Below are positions 61,825 through 64,000 of a stretch of DNA of 64,000 bases, piece after piece. Every line of letters starts with the position of its first letter. The first letter of the stretch is position 1. The stretch comes from Candidatus Heimdallarchaeota archaeon (GTDB taxonomy: Archaea; Asgardarchaeota; Heimdallarchaeia; JABLTI01): assembly GCA_019058275.1 (NCBI GenBank), contig JAHLVW010000015.1, forward strand, positions 32,001 to 96,000, written 5' to 3'. A program made the position numbers and the translations under genes. The notes beneath the pieces are model-generated. The model worked only from the letters and a program-made list of their open reading frames with translations, had not been told where the DNA came from and did not search any database.

Positions 61825-62182
61825 TATTTCCTAAAACTCCTTTTCAACTACAAAAATCAGATGTTTTTAGTATTTTTAAATTATTATTTTATTTTTTAGA
61901 ATTATTGATTATAGAAAAAAATAAGTTTATTCTGTTACATCAACGATTGAGCAGGAAGAAAGGGAAGATGACTAATCACGCTCAAAGAAAGGGAAAAGGG
62001 GAATTTCCTTAAATAACGGAGATAACAAATAATGTTTCAATAGTAACTTACGTTATAAACTATTTAAACTACCAAAACTTTTTCTTATAAATTTAATTAA
62101 GTATAAGTTAATGGAGTATATTGCAAACATTTTTAGAAATAATGACTAGGTTGTCAAGTATGAAGCAAGTGAGGGATTTAAA

Positions 62183-63085
62183 TTGATCAGAAGAATAATT
62201 GATTACAAGGACTCTTTAGATGGTACAATAGAATACCGATGGATAAAAGGGAAGATCGAAACAAACAACTTAAGCAATGTGCCTAAACACACCCTTTTAG
62301 TTGCTCAGAAATATAATCAAATAAAATCAAAATCCTATCCTCTGGAGCTTGCTAATGAGATTATTGTGATAGGAGAGAAAGATGGAGATATTGGTATACA
62401 ATCGCTTATACTTGCATTGCGTCGAGCTGAAAGAAAGAAAAATGCAAATTATATTTCTGTTATTAATTCCTCATTAGATAAAATTGCTAATGAACTTGGT
62501 TTTGAAGATCGTTTTGAAATGATTTCATTCTTTAATCCTCCTGAAATCATTGCTGAGGTTCCTTATCCTTATGATCTAACAGCTGATCGAGATTTTGATG
62601 AAAAATTACTTGACATTTACTCTTCTATTTTGAGAATTATCCAAGAAGTTCGACCAAATATCCAAGTTACTCTCCCTCGTATTGCTGAACTTGCAAATTC
62701 ACCAAAGAAGTACATTGATGATGTCATTATTGCTATTCTCGAACAAAGACCTGAGTTGGGAGAATTTTTGAAATTAGAACAAGTTTTCATTAGAAGAGAG
62801 AATACTGATGAGCTCATCGATGATTTAATTTCTCACCCTATTCCTCGCTATGGAACTTATAATTGCTTCTATTGCCATACTATTATTGAAAATCGTTCTG
62901 CAACCAATTGCCCCAGTTGTAATGAATCTATTCTTCGGTGTATTGTTTGTAAATTGCCGATCTCATCAAATGAATTCATTGGAGCTTGTAAGGAATGTCA
63001 AGGAGTTGCTCATTTAAATCATCTACAAGAATGGGTAAAAGTGAAAGGGACTTGTCCTGTTTGTCAGCGAAAAATATCAATCTAA
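62183..63085 (+). CDS. Zinc-ribbon + RING-H2-like protein (putative E3 ligase)
   Basis: CFYC...CPSC...CIVC...CKEC...AHLNH...W......CPVC. Confidence 0.8.
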   Translation: MIRRIIDYKDSLDGTIEYRWIKGKIETNNLSNVPKHTLLVAQKYNQIKSKSYPLELANEIIVIGEKDGDIGIQSLILALRRAERKKNANYISVINSSLDKIANELGFEDRFEMISFFNPPEIIAEVPYPYDLTADRDFDEKLLDIYSSILRIIQEVRPNIQVTLPRIAELANSPKKYIDDVIIAILEQRPELGEFLKLEQVFIRRENTDELIDDLISHPIPRYGTYNCFYCHTIIENRSATNCPSCNESILRCIVCKLPISSNEFIGACKECQGVAHLNHLQEWVKVKGTCPVCQRKISI

Positions 63086-63136
63086 TAATTAGAGAATGTT
63101 TTTTAATGACCGTCATAAAAAGCTATCTTGAGGATA

Positions 63137-64000
63137 ATGGGAAAAGATATACTTAGATTTTGGTTTGTTTGTTTTATTATCTTAATTTTATTACCTGTTG
63201 AATCAAAATTTGTTGATACAAAGAAACCCGCTCAGGAAGAATTTAGATTTCTCACTAACAGGCTCTTTGAAAATGAATTTCTTATAAGCAACACAGTAGA
63301 TGCTGTAATAGATATCGAATATGATAGCAATCTTACAGATTATAGTTTTCCAGGCGATGGTTCTGTAAGTAATCCTTACAGAATTGAAGATTATGTTATT
63401 GACACAACCATGAGATATGGGATTAAAATCATTAATACTACCAAACATATCCTCATCCAAAATTGTTCTATTAGGGCTGAAGGGAGAGCTATTGGAGTTT
63501 TCCAAACTGCTTCAAATACAATTACTATTGATAACTGTACATGTGACAGCTTTGATCGGTTTGGTTTGCTAGCAAGCTATGTCCCCAAGATGGTTGTTAC
63601 AAATAACTTGTTTATCGATAACGAACAAGGCATTAATTACAATAGTTGTTTTGAAGCACTAATTGCTAACAACACTTTTGTCGATAACGATATAGGTATC
63701 AGAATTGAAAATAATTCTACTTATGGTGTTTTATCTGGCAATTATATTTACGATAATAGTAATGGTATGCAACTAACAAATGCCCCTGGCAATCAAATAA
63801 AAGAAAATATTCTCTTTAACAATGGTGTTGGTATCATTCTAGATAGTACCTACCCAGAAGGAGCATCAACTAATTGTGAAATTAGCTATAATCTTATTGA
63901 AAATACTACTTCCTTTGGTCTTATAATATCAGCTTTCTTAAGTCAAGATTTCTCAAGTTACAATGAAATCCATCATAATTCCTTTGTCAATAATAATCTC
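63137..64000 (+). CDS. Partial secreted right-handed parallel beta-helix (NosD/pectin-lyase-like) protein
   Basis: Not in the ORF track. ATG at 63137 after GAGG; signal peptide; FPGDGSVSNPYRIE; repeated I.NN.F.DN..GI units; open to the window end. Confidence 0.85.
   Translation, partial: MGKDILRFWFVCFIILILLPVESKFVDTKKPAQEEFRFLTNRLFENEFLISNTVDAVIDIEYDSNLTDYSFPGDGSVSNPYRIEDYVIDTTMRYGIKIINTTKHILIQNCSIRAEGRAIGVFQTASNTITIDNCTCDSFDRFGLLASYVPKMVVTNNLFIDNEQGINYNSCFEALIANNTFVDNDIGIRIENNSTYGVLSGNYIYDNSNGMQLTNAPGNQIKENILFNNGVGIILDSTYPEGASTNCEISYNLIENTTSFGLIISAFLSQDFSSYNEIHHNSFVNNNL

Noticed and set aside
61818-62012. 64-aa ORF
   Set aside because: Low-complexity AT-rich divergent promoter region
63203-63505. 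100-aa - strand ORF
   Set aside because: Antisense to the beta-helix gene

Overview
AT-rich archaeal chromosomal segment, almost certainly from an Asgard archaeon and probably Heimdallarchaeia-like. The assignment is inferred from archaeal information-processing genes (aIF5B, Topo VI A/B, unsplit Rpo2, split Rpo1N/Rpo1C, eL30, NusA, aEF1A) together with eukaryotic-signature modules (longin, roadblock, small GTPase, uDENN, RING-H2). About 50 CDSs. No rRNA, tRNA, CRISPR array or transposase was recognised. The best candidate for an undescribed system is an operon divergent from the RNA polymerase genes. It encodes a Rag-like GTPase-roadblock fusion next to an NPRL2/FLCN-like longin protein that keeps an Arg at the GAP arginine-finger position, followed by a metallophosphoesterase. 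A 13-bp inverted repeat lies in the shared promoter region. Other notable items: a Topo VI B subunit doubled in size by about 7 tandem (HhH)2 units; a prepilin peptidase with a Gly-tetrapeptide repeat insertion; an aEF1A with several insertions; three intact ORFs lacking catalytic residues (DapA-like, M20-like, SF2 helicase-like); two structured leaders with uORFs; two genes interrupted by in-frame stops; a probable CTG start in nusA; and a possible secreted toxin/immunity pair. All family calls come from motif recognition by eye. No database searches were run.
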